Positions 39,105 through 53,617 of a DNA stretch of 64,000 bases are shown here, piece by piece. The DNA lies in contig NC_045696.1 of assembly GCF_009834535.1 (NCBI RefSeq), forward strand, positions 58,530,001 to 58,594,000. Reading direction: 5' to 3'. The position numbers were made by a program, and so were the translations under genes. The notes under the pieces were generated by a model. It was not told the DNA's origin. It saw only the letters and a list, made by a program, of their open reading frames with translations, and did not search any database. Position 1 is the first letter of the stretch. The number at the start of each line of letters is the position of its first letter. The DNA comes from Camelus ferus. Lineage: Eukaryota.

Positions 39105-40865
39105 GTAGGTTCTCTCCCATTTTTAAGAAACACTTTCCCATTATTGCTTGTTTCAGGTGTCAGTTCTAATAATTCTTTGTGCACTTTAAATAAATAAAAA
39201 TGTCTGAATTCTATGCCTCTCTTTTAATTTGAGCCTCTATTAGTTTTGTTAGTTGAATTGATGTAGGTCCCAGTGAACTCAGTGTGAACCGTCTCCTGTG
39301 CTGGGACTTCGGTGGAGGCATGTCATCTGCCTACAGCAGTAAAGGCTAATTCTGGATATTCTGGGACTGATTATTCAGCTTCAAAGCTCTGCTTGTACTC
39401 CAGGCTGAGGATTTTGTACTCTTGGGGAAGTCTTTGAATAGGCGACAGCAAAGGCAGGATTTTAAGATATTTGATTTAGCAGTGATGAATAGGTTGGGTT
39501 GTCAGAGCGGAGAGACTAGAAGCAAGGAAGTTAGTTGAGAGGTGATTCTATTACTTCAGGTGGAAGGTATTGAAAGCCTAAACTATGGTAATGGCAGTAG
39601 GAATAGGAAGAGAAAGGACACGGAGAAGGAAGACTCTCTAGGACTTGATGACAGAATAGATCTGAGACTTTCAGGAGGGAGGGATTTTGCCCCCGAGTGA
39701 TAGGGAGTTGTGTGCTCTCATTTCCAAGGCCAGAGGAGGCACAGATACGTAGGGAAGGGGGAGGAACCATGCCAGTGACCCAGACTCAGCAATGTCTCTA
39801 CTCAAACATGTTAGAGCCAGCTAAGACTTCTGGCCTAACTTGTGTCTGTCTTGCAATGAAAAACGTTAGAAACAGTCAGGACTGCAAACAAAAGGCTACC
39901 TAAAACTCAGTGGAAGTCTTTAGGGAAATATTTTAAATATAGGCACTTGACTTTTGTGTAAAGACATCAGAAATTTTAGTTTCAGTGGCTCCATTTTTTT
40001 AAATTCCCTAATTTTTCTTAATCGTTTATATTAGCTTCAGAAATGGTTTTTCTGTCAAATTTGATGGATTCAATTATAATGAATGACATTTCATGCAGGA
40101 AATGTGAAAACTTGTATTCATTGATGTCGCAGTACTTTAATTTTATGAAATATTCTTGTGTAGATTTTCTGCTTTAATCTGTACAGTCCTGTCACACAGG
40201 TATATTATCCTTCTTTTGAAAACGAGAAATCTGAGGCAGTTTCAGTAGTATCCTGAGATCACATAGCCAGTAAGTGGTGGATCAGAACTTAACTCTGAGT
40301 CTTCTTAAGTGTCGTATTCCTTTCATGCTGTCTCTAAGTAAAATTCCTCTATTTACATGATTTTTATAATGCTATAAAATTTATAATTTAGTAACTTTTA
40401 TGTGTATTATTTCATATGATTCTAAAACAGTGTGAGGTAATTATTAACTTTCAAATAATTTCATGAATGATTATTCTTGTAAAATGTACTTCTAGCTTTT
40501 TGCCTTAATGAAATAATTTTAAATGCTAATAATAATGCCAAATGTATCAAGCTCTTACTTTGCTAAGCCCTTTGCATTCCTTGTACCATTAAATCCTCAC
40601 AGAAAGCCTTATGCTAATCCCGTTACCATCACCATTTTCACAGGGGCCTAAACTGTTTTTACAACCAGGGACTTGAACCTAGGTCTGTGTGACTCCAGAA
40701 CCAGAGCTCTTCCTACAGATAGGGACACGTCTGTTACTTTCCTCAGAACAGCTGAAAGTATTTCAAGAGTTGCCTCTTGGTGGAGCAGTGTCACCCAGGT
40801 GTTCATTTGAGGAGGGTAAACAAAGTGTGATGCTTTAGAAAAGAAAAGCAGAAAACACATTTTCT

Positions 40866-41018
40866 GGGGGTGGGTATAACTCAGTGCTAGAGTGTGTGCT
40901 TAGCATCCATGAGGTCCTAGGTTCAATCCCTAGTACCTCCATTAAAAAAAAAAACAAACCTAACACTAAATAGATAGACCTAATTACTCCCCCAACCCCC
41001 CCCAAAACAAAACAACAA
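40866..41018 (+). mobile_element. tRNA-derived SINE (Vic-1-like)
   Basis: Same head, B-box and aataga/acctaattactcccc tail as the copy at 25457. Degenerate TSD aaaacacattttct / aaaacaaatttcct. Confidence 0.85.
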
Positions 41019-41329
41019 AAAACAAATTTCCTTTGTATTGACAGGCATGAAACTGCATGCTTTCCAAATATGCTGAGCAGAGTGATAAGAATGTTGTTTT
41101 TTCCACAGTAAAATTTAAGGGATTCTATTTTACCACATAATATGTTCTGTCTCCAGTTGTCAGGATATTTTTTAATCCCCTTCAGATCAGCCCTCAAAGG
41201 CCACTGGTACGTGGTTTGTTGCCTTTGTCGCCAGGCTACAATTCAGTCAGTTAGGGGTAGTCTTGATATGGAACATTTAGAGTAGGAAATCAGAAGAAGT
41301 CTGAAGAAATTAGAGACTGTTTCTTTTCC

Positions 41330-44300
41330 CTCAGTGTTTTATTTTGAAAACCTTCAAACTTACAGATAAGTTGAAAGACTAGTACACCTAGAATCATCAA
41401 TTTGTAACATTTTGCAACACTTGCTTTAACTTTCTCTGTATGCTTGTGCATATAGTGTGTATATTCATTGTTCAAAAAGTAAGTTGTAGATAAAAATGAA
41501 TGTGTGAAGTTGTTTTTCTTATTAAACTTTTTATTTTGAGATAATTGTAGAGTCATAAGAGAGATCTTGTATAACCTTTAACTATTCCACCCCACCCCCA
41601 AAATGGTACCATCTGGCAAAGCTGTAATACAGTATCACAACCAGGATATTGATGTTGATGCAGTCAAGGAACAGAACCGTTCTGTCACCATGAAGACTCC
41701 TCATGTTGCCCTTTCATGGTTTCCACCTGCCCCAACCTGTCCTTAATCTCTGGCAACCACTAATGTGTTCTCCATTAATATAATTTTCTCATTTTGAGTA
41801 TGTTACATAAATGGAACCATATAGTATGTAACCTTCTGTGACTGGCATGTTTTATTCAGCATAATTGTCTGGAGATTTATCCAAGTGTTGCATGTATCAG
41901 TGATTTGTTCCTTTTTATTGCTGAATTGTACTCCATGGTATGGCTGTACCATAGTTTGTTTCATTATTCACTCATTTGAAGGACATCTGAGTTGTTTCTA
42001 GCTTTCAGCTATTATAAATAAAGCTGTATAAACATTCATGTACAGGTTTTAGTGTGAACCAAAGTGTTCATTTCTCTGAGATAAATAGGAGTGCAATTGC
42101 TGGGTCATGTGGTAGTTGCATGCTTATTAAAAGACAAACTTTTCTAGAGTAGTGTACCATTTTACATTCCCACCAGCATTGTGTGAGTGAGTGATCCAGT
42201 TTCTCTGCATGCTCATCAGCATTTAGTATTGTCACTATTTTTTGTTTTAGCCATTCTGATAAGTGTGTAATGATATCTCATTATGGTTTTAATTTGCATT
42301 TTCCTAATGGCTAATGATGTTGAATATAATTTCATGTGCATATTTGTCATATGTATATCCTCTTGGGTGAAATGTTTATTCATGTCTTTTGCCTATTTTC
42401 TAATTGGATTGTTTGTCTTTTACTGTTGAGTTTGAGAGTTCTTTATATATTCCAGATATTAGTCCTTTGTCACAGTTATGCAGTTTGCATATCTTCTCCT
42501 AGTTTTAACTTGTGTTTTCATCCTCTTAACAAGGTCTTTTGTAGAGCAAATGTCTTAAATTTTTATGGTTTAATTTCTCAATTTTTTCTTCTATGCATCA
42601 TGCTTGTGGTATTGTCTAAGAACTCTTTGACTGCCTCCAGATCCTGAAGATTTTCTCCTGTTCTTTCTAAAAGTTTTATAGTCTTATGTTTTATATGTAA
42701 GTTCATGATCCATTTTGAGTTAAATTGTATGTAACATGTGGGGGTTTTTGTTTTTTGATTTTTTTGCTTTGCATGGATGCTTAAGTTCTCCAGCACCATT
42801 TGTTGGAAAGGCTTTTTTCCTCTACTGAACTGCTTTTGCATTAAGAAAGTTGGGCATGTTTATATGGGTCTATTTCCATGTTTTGTATTCTGTTCCATTT
42901 ATCTGTGTCTGTCCCTCTGCCAGTACCATATAGTTTTGATCACTATAGCTATGTAATAAGTCTTAAATTCAATTTTTAAAAAATTCCTGAAGCCCTGGAG
43001 AGTTGAAACATCTCCTTACAGCATTATAGGCTCCCCATGTAGGCTTTGATGGGATGGGTGTGGGCAGTCACAGTTTTTTTTAGTGGTGTTTGGCTGGGGT
43101 AGCATAGTTATCGTGTAAAAGTCCTCTGTCTTGGTAAAGTGCCCCTTTCTTGGTCTTTTGGCTATAGGGAGCAAGATTTTACTTGGGAGTTTGTTTGTTT
43201 TTTAATATACACCCATTGGTGTTTCTAGTTGTCAGCTGCTTCAGCTCCAAGTGTGGGATCTATGAGGCAAAAAAAAAAAAAAAAAAAAAAGGCTTAGGTA
43301 ATTTACCACTGTGTCATTTCTTGAGTCTCAAGGTCCTTAGCCTGTCTGCCTTCTTCTTTCCATCATCCAGAGTCATCTTATACTTGTTTGATATGTAGTG
43401 TCCAGGGTTTTTAGTTGTACTTAGTGGGAAGAATAGGGGAAAGTACATCAACTTCATCTTTCCAGAAGCAGAAGTTCCTGCACAGTTGTTTCTGAAGTAA
43501 GTTACAAACATTAAGATACTTCATCTCTGGGAACTTCAGTGTGTATCTTTTGAGAACAAAGATACACTTCTACATAGTGATAATACCTTTATCACATCCA
43601 AGAAATTTGACATTGATACAATATTACCTAATACAGGAGTCATATTCAGATTACTTCAGTTGTCTCCAAAATGTTCTGTGTAGCTGTTCTCCTCTGATTC
43701 CAGATTATGCATTGTGGTTGGTTGTTGCATATCTTTTAATCTATATTGCCATCTTCTGGCCTTTTTGTTGTTCTGTTTTTGTCTTTCATAACACTAACAG
43801 TTTTTTAACAGTCCAGGCAAGCACCTTATAGAATGGCCTAAATCTGGTTATGTCTGTTTCTCATGATTAGATTCAGGTTAATTATTTTGGTAACAGTACT
43901 GTGTAGTATAGCATGCTGTATATCTCTAATTCAGGAAGCATGCAGTAAATTTGATCATTTGGTTAAGGTGATGCCTACCAGATATCTCCATTGCAAAGGT
44001 ATCTTTTTTCTCTTTGTAGTTAATAAATAACCTGTAGGGCAAAGACCATTATATTTTAAAGCCCTTGAAAACCACAAATTAAATATTTATTTTAAAAAAA
44101 TACCAGAAAATCTAGCTCTTCTTTATAGTAGAATTCCAATTAATAAATGTAGAGGATGATAGAAATAGAAAATGATCATTTGGCAAACACCATGATAATA
44201 ATTGTTACAGGCAGGAATCATCAATAGATGCTAAAATTAATGGGCAAAAGTATGATGGAATAGGATATGTACATAACCTCAGAGTATCCTCCCACAGGTA

Positions 44301-44830
44301 CTGATTACAAAGAGAACAATAGTAACTTCAGTGGAGAAACCTGTCAGATACCACCTTACCAAGAGATCAAAGTTAGTAAGTAATTTGACATACTACATAC
44401 ACATCAGCTCTGTGGTATTCTTGCTGAGCTGAATGTCAGTTCAACCTTGGAACGACATCAGGAAAACCAAAATTAGGGAACATTTTACAAAATAACTGAT
44501 CAATACTCTTTAAGACTATTAAGGTCATTGAAAACAAAGAAAGAGTTGAGAATCTGTTATAGATTTGAGGAGACATGACAATTAAATGCAATGTGGAATC
44601 CTGGATTGGATTCTGGACCAGAAAAAGGGCCTTATAGGACAACCGGAAAAATTTCAATGAAGTCTGTAGTTTACGTAACAGTGTTGTATCAGTGTTAATT
44701 TCCTGGTTTGATGATTATTCTGTAGTTATACACGAGGACAGCATTAGGTCAGGGTAAAGGGTATATGGGAATTCTTTACTGGTTTTGACAACTTTTCGGG
44801 AAGTCTAAAATTATTTCAGAAGAAAAAGTT
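41330..44830. mobile_element. Mosaic of old L1 fragments (antisense about 41330-44040, sense about 44090-44830)
   Basis: Antisense L1 3' UTR/ORF2 text (ttattttgagataattgtag, ggttttaatttgcatt). Sense L1MC/MD tail (atgcaatgtggaatcctggattggattctggacc). Confidence 0.75.
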
Positions 44831-45129
44831 TTTTTCCCCTCTGTTTTTCAACTTTTTTTTAATATAATGCAAAACACCCCAATAAAATAAATGCTTCCAA
44901 TTCACTTTACTTGGATAGCAAGCACAATTCTAATCTATGTAAGAACTAAACACATTAAACAAAACATCTCCACATTCTTTCTGTATTGTCACAAATGCCC
45001 TAATGTCCCTCCTATTCTGAAGTCTGGATACAGTTTCACAGAGACCTGTGCTTCTTTTTTAAGGCTTTGTGATCATATATGATTCCTATATTCACTGGAC
45101 TGTGAATTTTAGATATCTTCTAGAAAACA

Positions 45130-45630
45130 GTTCATGTAACAAATTTTTATTGAGCACTTACTATGTGTCAGACACCGTTCTGGGCACTGGAGAAAAATGA
45201 GTGAACAAACAGTTAAAAACTTCTCTCTTCATGAAGCTTAGATTTTATTGGAAGAATACAGATGACAAATAAAATAAGCATATTTTTGAAGTATGTTTAT
45301 AGTATTGTTATGGAGAAAAATAGAACAGGGAGAGTGAATGCCAAGGTTTGGGGGCAGAAGAGTACTTTCTTTACTGTATTTTCTAAAATAGCACTCATTG
45401 CATTCTTTGTTCCCTTTTTCTGAATTATCTTTAATATTTTTCAGAACACAACTACTTGATTTTATATATATATTATATATATATAATATAAAATATGTAT
45501 AATGTTTATAGTCTGTCTCTGTCCAGTAGAACGTAAAGTCCATGTGAGCGAGGTCTTTATTTGTTTACTGAAAACTAAAGAATAGTGCCTGTCTTGTAGC
45601 AGGTCCTCAATAAATATCTGTTGAACAAAT
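45130..45630. mobile_element. Two L2 3' ends in opposite orientation
   Basis: tttattgagcacttactatgtgtcagac (minus) and tagtgcctg...ctcaataaatatctgttgaa (plus). Confidence 0.65.
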
Positions 45631-46121
45631 TCTCCCTCAAGTGTTCAGTCAGATCCTGCCTAGTTTAGCTCCTTGCATTCAGTGGAGTTTGGTAAGTATT
45701 TATTGATTTCATTGCTATTCAGATTCAGGTTATATGCGTCCATTTTGCTGAAGAGCTTGTGTGAGTCTTTTGTGCTTTTCTGGGATCGAACCCCCTGTGA
45801 CGCTGGGAATGCTTCTTAGTTGCCTGTCATCTTGAGGAATTTGTTCAGCCTGTTTGCAAGGGAGTTATCCTTTAAATATGATACAAATCTTCTTTCTTTT
45901 GAAAAATGAAAAACGTAAAAGGAACAATCAATTTCCCTTTTAAGCTATGGAGCTTTCACAGCTGAATGTCTTAAAGATGTTACATTATCTTTATCTGTAG
46001 TTGAAAAATCCCCTTATTCCACTCTCATATTTTACCCTGTGACCTGTTACAGTTTTATAGTGGAAGCATTTATTTTTTTTCCTGTAACCACAATCATCTT
46101 TCATTTTTATATTTTCAACAG

Positions 46122-46322
46122 TGTTATTTACTTGTCTACTACACCAGCTGGAGGAATGTCAAATCTTTTTTGACTTTTGGCTTAATCTGTCTATGCAACA
46201 TGTATCTCTACGAACTGCGCAACCTCTGGCAGCTTTTCTTTCACGTGACTGTGGGAGCGTTTGTTACACTACAGATCTGGCTAAGGCAAGCCCAGGGCAA
46301 GGCTCCTGATTATGATGTTTGA
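46122..46322 (+). CDS. SEC22A: SEC22A last coding exon
   Basis: Acceptor ttttcaacag|. Translates [66 protein letters not shown], with TGA at 46320-46322. Confidence 0.96.
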   Translation, partial: CYLLVYYTSWRNVKSFLTFGLICLCNMYLYELRNLWQLFFHVTVGAFVTLQIWLRQAQGKAPDYDV

Positions 46323-48150
46323 TGCCATCCTTCAGACATATTGCCTTGGCTTCAGGGGAAAAGGAGGGAGAATATCGTAACTACCACTGTGATGAAGAAA
46401 CTGCTCACCACAAACCAGAAGCTCTGCTTTCTTTCTCTCCAACTGTTTTTGGTTTGAGTCAGCGTGGCATGCCTGTGAGCATGCAATACCTGCGAGCATG
46501 CAATACCTGCTAGGCAAACTCCTCTCAGCAATGATGGCCGTGAAATTATCATGAGGAAGAGGAAGAGGAGACCTCTCCTCAGGGCCATGGCAGTGGAAGA
46601 ACAGTCAGACGCCATTGAAAGACTTGGCCAGCAGCCGGGAATCCTGGCTGAAGCGTTCAACTAAAAAGTTTGTGTGGTACTTGCTCTGAGAACCAAGCAG
46701 GAGCTCTACAACCCGGGTTTGCCTTTGTGAGGCATTAGTGTAGACCAAATAAAAAGATGCTGCCGTGAATTGGAAAGTTTTATGTGTAAAACAGATGACT
46801 TGGTAAATATCAGATTATTTGCACATTTATGGTACCATGAGTTTATGAAGTCCTGAATGGTGTGGAATTGGTTCTTTTCCCTTTTATGTTTTTGCTTGAG
46901 TCTTAACCCTAGAAATTACCCAGTGTAGGAGAAGGCTGTGGTGAGCTCATCCCTGGAGCATCACAAGTGTTGAAAACACAGTGACACGTGTTTCTTTACT
47001 AGACCATGTTTATACTTTCTTTTGAAATCATTTTTTTAAAATATGATTTGTTGGACTATAGCCATTGTTTCCCAGATTTCGATTACTTGAGTATTACATA
47101 GGCTATTATTTACTTGATATTTATGTTTTAAATTTTAAAATATTTTAAAAAGAAACTAACCTCTACTCCAAGTGGAAAACCAGTATCAGTTTGCCATAAA
47201 TAAAAGATAACTACAAAATAAATAAAATTAAAACAAAAAATGTTACTAAATTCTAGCTGGATACTAATACCTGCCAAGGCTCTGAATCTAGAAAGCCTGT
47301 TCTTTCTTTGTTGCAGTGAGAGAGGTTATCCAGCACCAAAATGGGGCTCTCTCTTTGGAATTATCAGAAGTATAAAGAAAATTGTAAAGGGAATGACATT
47401 CTCACTGTGATTCAGCATTATTAAATTCAGTGTTGTGTACCACCTAAAATCATCTTGCATGCCACCACCTGGTATGGGTCCTGCACTATGGAAACACTGA
47501 GCTGTTCTAAGAATTAGAAGGTGCCTGACTCTTCTCTCAGCACCTCTTATTATTTTATGGCTTTGAGGAGTTAAGCACCAACTACCTTAAAAAACTTAAC
47601 TTGCTTTTTGATAACATTATAAAGGCTGTTCAAGCAGTTACACATTAATAATAGAGGAAGCATAATTTGGCTCCATTAACAAAATCAACAACTTTTGGTT
47701 TTGAAGCCATCTTCATGAGTGATTTTCTTGAGAAAAGATTCCAATTAAGGATCATAAGGTACTAAAATTTGATATCCAGGAAAACAGTGGACCTATTACA
47801 TATACTTCATGTTCCTGGGCATATTAATTATGCAGGAGAAATAGTCCAAAGGGGTAAAGTCATTGAACTGCATTGTTTGCAGAACCAGTATACATAGATA
47901 TGTCTACAGTGAAAAATCTTGCTTAACCAGAACCTTTCTGCTACACTATCCTTTTAGGAGAATAAGGCAAAAGGAAGACAATACACTTAAAATATTGGGA
48001 ATTTATTTAAAAACAAGAAACCCCAGTTCTCTCCAATTTTCTGCCTATAGCAGAACTGCCCAGAACTTATGTATGTTCTAAGATATACCAAGGTGCCACA
48101 TGATCCTAAATCATGAAAATAAAATTGATTTATGTTTGACATTTTGTACT
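46323..48150 (+). other. SEC22A: SEC22A 3' UTR (end uncertain) with candidate AATAAA signals
   Basis: Repeat-poor sequence after the stop codon. AATAAA at 46748, 47199, 47221 and 48118. The site actually used cannot be determined from sequence. Confidence 0.55.
46472..46510. repeat. 17-bp tandem duplication in the 3' UTR
   Basis: cctgtgagcatgcaata cctgcgagcatgcaata cctgc. Confidence 0.9.
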
Positions 48151-51100
48151 TACTGAGCCGGGAAAGTAAAATGGTTCAATGTAGAAAGTTTTTTCTAAAC
48201 TAATGGTTAAAACAAGAAGAATTTTTTTGTAAATAGTCAATTGACCAGGAGGTCGGAGTATTCTGGTTAATTGTAATTTTGCTGTATATTGGTATTTTAT
48301 AGCTCTCTTACCAGTTTGGTTCACCTTGTTACTGGGTTATAATGTTTAGTATTTGGATCCATTCAGCAAGGACACTTGAAAACTCACCAGCTGTCTTTAA
48401 AGGCTTAATTTGTTTTTTTATTTTTGTTTTGTTTCTTCTCCAGCTATTTTGGATAAGGGGTTGTTTACATTTTAATGTAAAAAATGAAAACAGTTATAAA
48501 TAATGTTTTATGTATGGAAATGCTTTCTTTCATTATTTAGTGCCTGCATCTCTGAATGTTTATACAACTACCTTGCCTCTATCATGTTGCTGCCAAAGAA
48601 ACTATGAATTTGGAAAGAGAAAATTTTGCCACACACGTACAGAAGTTTTTAAACTCTTGAGGGAGAATCCCTAGGCCTCTAATGTGTATGATGGTAATAT
48701 GTTGTGCTCATTGCATTTTTACTTCTGAGAGCAAGTCTGCTTTTACCTACCTAATCGTAACGGGTTTTACAGTGCAGGGGAGATGGTAGTTGCCCTCCTG
48801 TTAGCATGGAGGACACTAAGGCAATCAGATGTTAATGACTTACCTAGGGTCACAGAACTAAGCACACACAACTTCTAATCTCTTAGCCCAGTGTTTTCCC
48901 GCTAGAGTAGAAACTAATGAAGGTAACTAAGATTATATTCAGGAAATATATCCGTTGTTGGTAAAATCAAGGAACTGGGGACTTTAGCCTGCCATTGTCA
49001 AATCTAGGTGTATATTATCTTACTTAAGGTAATTCCTTTTTTGATTTTTTCATTTTGATTAATTCTTTTTTTGATTTTGATTTGCTTTTTGATTAAGGTA
49101 TGCTACGAGAGCAAAGATACTCCCTTTTATATCCTAAAGTAATTGTAATATTTGCTTGCTTTTTTGGTCTGTATTTGAAATGTGTTTATACCTGGCCTCT
49201 TTCCCAAAAGAATTTGAAGCAGCATACCAAGAAAGACATATACAATAATGTTAATAAAATATGAACATTAAGGGGAGAAAAACAAGATCAATGAAAGTGG
49301 AAGGAAGGATGAACACATTGCTGTCACTGGTTATAAAATGTGACTCTCGAATCTCTTGGAAGTCAAGGCTAGAAGAAGGAAAACAAGTTTTACCTTGCTC
49401 TCTATCCATAAGTCAAAGCGTGTTCCTTAGGGGAGATGTCTTCCTGATGAATTCTGGTAAAATGTTTGCACTTGGGGGTCCTGTTAAGTGAACAAAATCC
49501 TCAATTGTTTTACACACATTTCCATATTACAGTTGTGCCTTGGATTCTCAACTTGTCCCAGCTTTCAAGGGTTTCATTTCAGGGTGTTTTGTGTGGTTAA
49601 TAGAGGATTTTGTTCCCGTAAGAATTCTTATCCTAAGCCAAAAACAAATATCCTTGTTAAAGCTTGAAAATCCACTGAAGACAAATGCCTTGAGACATGG
49701 AAAACCTTTTACCCAATTTTGTAATTTTATAACTTGTATAAAGTGAATGCACTGCTCCTGGATTAGCACATTTATTTGGCATTGAATGTGGTGTTTTTCA
49801 CAGTGGAATCCAGTCTGAAGAAACACACAGCTCCATTTCTATTGGGCTATGTCTGGAATCTCATTAGAATCCTGACTTGTCAAGGCTTCACAGAGACCAG
49901 ATTGTCAGGTGAGCCTTAACCCCCATGTCACAGAAGTGCTTCCTCCTAAGGTGAGCTGCCTACCAAAAAGGCAGTCATTGAGGCTTTATTCCAAAAGGTT
50001 TATCGAGTAACCCAGGGAGTCACTTGGATTTCCAAGAAAGCTGTTGGATTTCCAAGAGACACAATAAAGTGTGTGCATGTGTGTGTGCCTTCACTTTTCT
50101 TCTTGCTATTTTAACAAACTTTTCATGTTAAAAATTGGAGCCATAATAAAGTATGTGGTAAAAGAACAAATTATTTCAAAGTCAGCCACCACTCAGACCA
50201 AATTGAACAGTTAGCTTTACCACACATTATGGGTTACTCTTCAGGGCTGTGTTCTTTGTGGTCAAGCTTTCTTTGTATTTTTCTGTTTTATTATCTGTAA
50301 GGAAGTAGAGTCTTTCTACCTAAAAATGCTGTGGTAAAATCATACCTGATTTTTGGTTTAAATTGGCTTTAGGAATGTCCTAGCCTAAAGTTAATAGAAG
50401 AAACCCCTCCAACTCCAAGGGTTATAATGAGTTGTTTACAGAGGTCATATCAGCTGAGGATTTAACTCTTCTAGTCTTGTTTAAGATTAGAGGTATCTAA
50501 TCATCTTCATCAGTGTTCTGGGACTGCTGTTGAATGTTGACATGTTGCAGTCTTCTTGAGCTTTTCAAAGAGAAGTTGTATCTGTGGCTGCCATTCTTGT
50601 AACATCGTTTCCTTGGGTTTCCAAGCTTTCTAGGTTACTTTATTCAGCAGATGAAATCACAGCGTCACAGCACTGCATGGTTGGAAGCCACATGACTTGT
50701 ATCCTCCTTGCTTGTGTTACAGGGAGTGACGTTAACGTGTGCATACGTTTTCTTCGGCTTTGGTGGTGCTGGTGCATAATGAATAGTTTCAGCACGGTGG
50801 AGGCTGTGGGAAACTCAAGGAGAGAACAGGCTTAGTTCTCAGAGTTCCTGAAATCAATACCCTAGCCTTATGAATTGTTCTTGACGTTTCCTTGGCAACA
50901 AATGGCATTTTCAGCCCAACCCCACCCACGGTTCACATTTGCCCTTTTCTCCTGCATCCCTTGGCATAGCAGTGCAAGCATCACTCACAGAAGCACATTC
51001 AGGCTCCATATGACAGTCAGAAACAGGACTTATATGTTCTGTTTCCTTACTGGTCCCGGCAGCCCCTCCCCAGCTCTGCCTTGGTCGCCTGCCTCCTTTG

Positions 51101-52139
51101 TGCCAATGCTTTTCTTCAAGGTTGGGTTGTCAAGGAGACCTTGCCTAAAGGTGAACAAAGAATATATTGCCTTCACACTTTGAATTCCTCCATACCTAGG
51201 ACTAATGAAATAAGAATGCCTGTTAGTGCTTTCTGTGGGCCAGTATCGGACGTCGTACATAGTTAATCCTTATGGCACCCTTGTTGGCTGAGTGAGCATT
51301 AGCTCGTGTTCACTTGAGAAAACAAAGACTCAAGTTCAAATCTGGGATTCAGGTTTAAATGACTCAAAATTTGATGCTCATTTTTCCATGCCACAGAGCC
51401 TTTCAGAAAGAAAGTTCTCCACTTGTGTGTTGCCGACAAAACTGGGCTCTTACTGTTACAGGAACAGTGAGAACAGATGAAGCCAACGTGCAGTGGGAAA
51501 TGGCACTGTGTGTGCTGAGCATCCTCACAGAAAGCTTTTATGAAGACTTTCTGTTTATAGACAAAGCACTCGAGGCCTAAAGAAGTTGGGTGACTAGACC
51601 ACAGCCACAATCTAACCTATGTGGTGGCACCATGCTTTCAGTACGGATCGGACTTAGAACTCATGCCATTAATCACCTTGCAATATTAAGCTAGGCAACA
51701 TGGAAATATGTTGAAATATATAAGGAATATATGTTGGAATATATATACAAGTAATTACATTACTTTTAAAATAAAAGAGATCAGGTTATTGCGAACTCTT
51801 GTAGTATCCATGTCCTAGACTGAATGAAATTGTTTCCTAAAATTTTTATAACAGTGACATAGGTCTGATGGTTGCCAGAGGTATGGTGAACCCTAAGCGT
51901 GCCTTAGATTTTAGGGCAAGGAGGTATAAAGTTTAGTCTTTCTCGTAAAACTAACTCATGAATTAATGATTCTTGATATAGAATGTTAAAGCTTCATTGG
52001 TAATTCATATGTTACAAACATTTACTTTTTTTAGCTGAAGGCCAGCATAGATTGTTTCTTTGATATAAACTAATTTGTTGGGAATTTTAAGTAGTTCCTG
52101 TATCTGAAAACATCAAACAAAAAATAGAAGGCAACTATT

Positions 52140-52350
52140 TGCAGTATAGAATAGTCATTGAATTTAGATCCAGACCCGTGGCTCTCCCTTCCACTGGCAT
52201 TGTGATTTCAGCAAGTCATGTAACCTCTCTGCCTCAGTTTCCTCATCTGTGAAGTAGGAATAATAATGGTACTTTGGGCAAAGCGTTGTGAGGATTGAAT
52301 GAGTCAATAAACAGAAAGCACCTAGAGCCTGGCACAGCGAGTACTAGGCC
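52140..52350 (+). mobile_element. MIR SINE
   Basis: gcaagtcatgtaacctctctgcctcagtttcctcatctgtgaagtaggaataataat core. Confidence 0.82.
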
Positions 52351-53617
52351 AGCGTTTGCTGCCGCGCTGTGGTCTGTCTTTCTGGTTGGTGTTACTTTCA
52401 GGATAATAATCTTTTAAATCGCAAATGCTCCCAAATATAATACATCATTGCACATAGCTTTTCAGTAATTGTGAATTAAGTGAGGATCCTGTTGAAATAT
52501 TTAGTAGGCAGGTGTCCTTCCTTGGCAAGCTCTTGTGTGCAGACTTCTGGGCAGGGCACTGGGGCATTCAAAGGCAGAGAAAGGAATTGAGGGAGTGATG
52601 CTTGCCAGATTCCTGCTGCACATTAGGGGTTTCATGTACAGAATCTATGTGAGCTTAACAAAAATCCATCTGAGGTAAGTAAAAAGGATGAAGTTGTCAC
52701 TTAATCCAATGTCACTCAGCCTGGAAGAAGTAGACTGTTCTCCAGGACCCCACAGTCTCCTAGGCACTGGAGGACTGCTGTCAAATGCGGAAGGTGCCTC
52801 TAGAAACCTTGCCTTATCCAGTGTAGCACTGGCACTTTGGCCCCATCATCCTTTCTAGTTTGGTCTATCGGATACTTCTGGATGGCTGCCACTTAGTGCC
52901 CATCACTCTGTACGGCCCCCATGGGTGTGTATGTGCATGTGGTCTGTGCACTGTTGGGAAGTGAGGGGTGGAGAAGGCAGTCAGCAGCCTTCAAGTGCAG
53001 TATAGAAATATTTAGATGCTGAGGATGTGAGAGTTCAAGCCACTCTTAAAAAACACAGATGCAACGTGGCTTTCAAGAGAGTAATCTTAAGCAAAATGCA
53101 CCCCCTGCAAAAAAAATTTGAGCCAGGGAAATGTCACTTTAACTGACAATACTGAAGCAGAGAAGCAAATTTTGAAAAATTGGAAAATAGTCTAAGAATA
53201 ACCAGAGAGGCTGACAAACTAGAGATTCCAGGCAGGTCTAAATTATAAATTGGGTTGGTGGCAGGTAGGGGGAGTGATGAGGCCCCTAATGGATTTCAGT
53301 GAATTTCTTTAAATTCATGGGCCTAATAGACCAGCAATATGAGAGGGGCCTTGGAGATGAATATGCAGTCAGCAAGAGGGGAAGGGGCTAGCTCACCTCT
53401 GCTCAGTAGAAACATGATAAGGTTTGAGACTGGCAAGCCAATGAGGACAGGATGCCTACTTTACTCTTAGCGCCAAAGAATCCTTTTCCTTCTCTTTGTC
53501 TTGTTCCCATCCCCTGTCTTTTGGACCCTCTGCTTGCTCTGTGAACCTTGGTTGACCTCCACCCATCTCTCCCCACTCTATGGATCAGAGCCCTTGATAG
53601 AAAAGGGCATCATGCAT

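Noticed and set aside
46319..46660. ORFs overlapping the SEC22A 3' UTR on both strands
   Set aside because: Short, no family resemblance, partly built from the tandem duplication.
50024..50057. Repeated ttggatttccaaga containing a TTCCAAGAA STAT-type motif
   Set aside because: A single 9-bp motif in a short duplication is expected by chance, and there is no supporting evidence.
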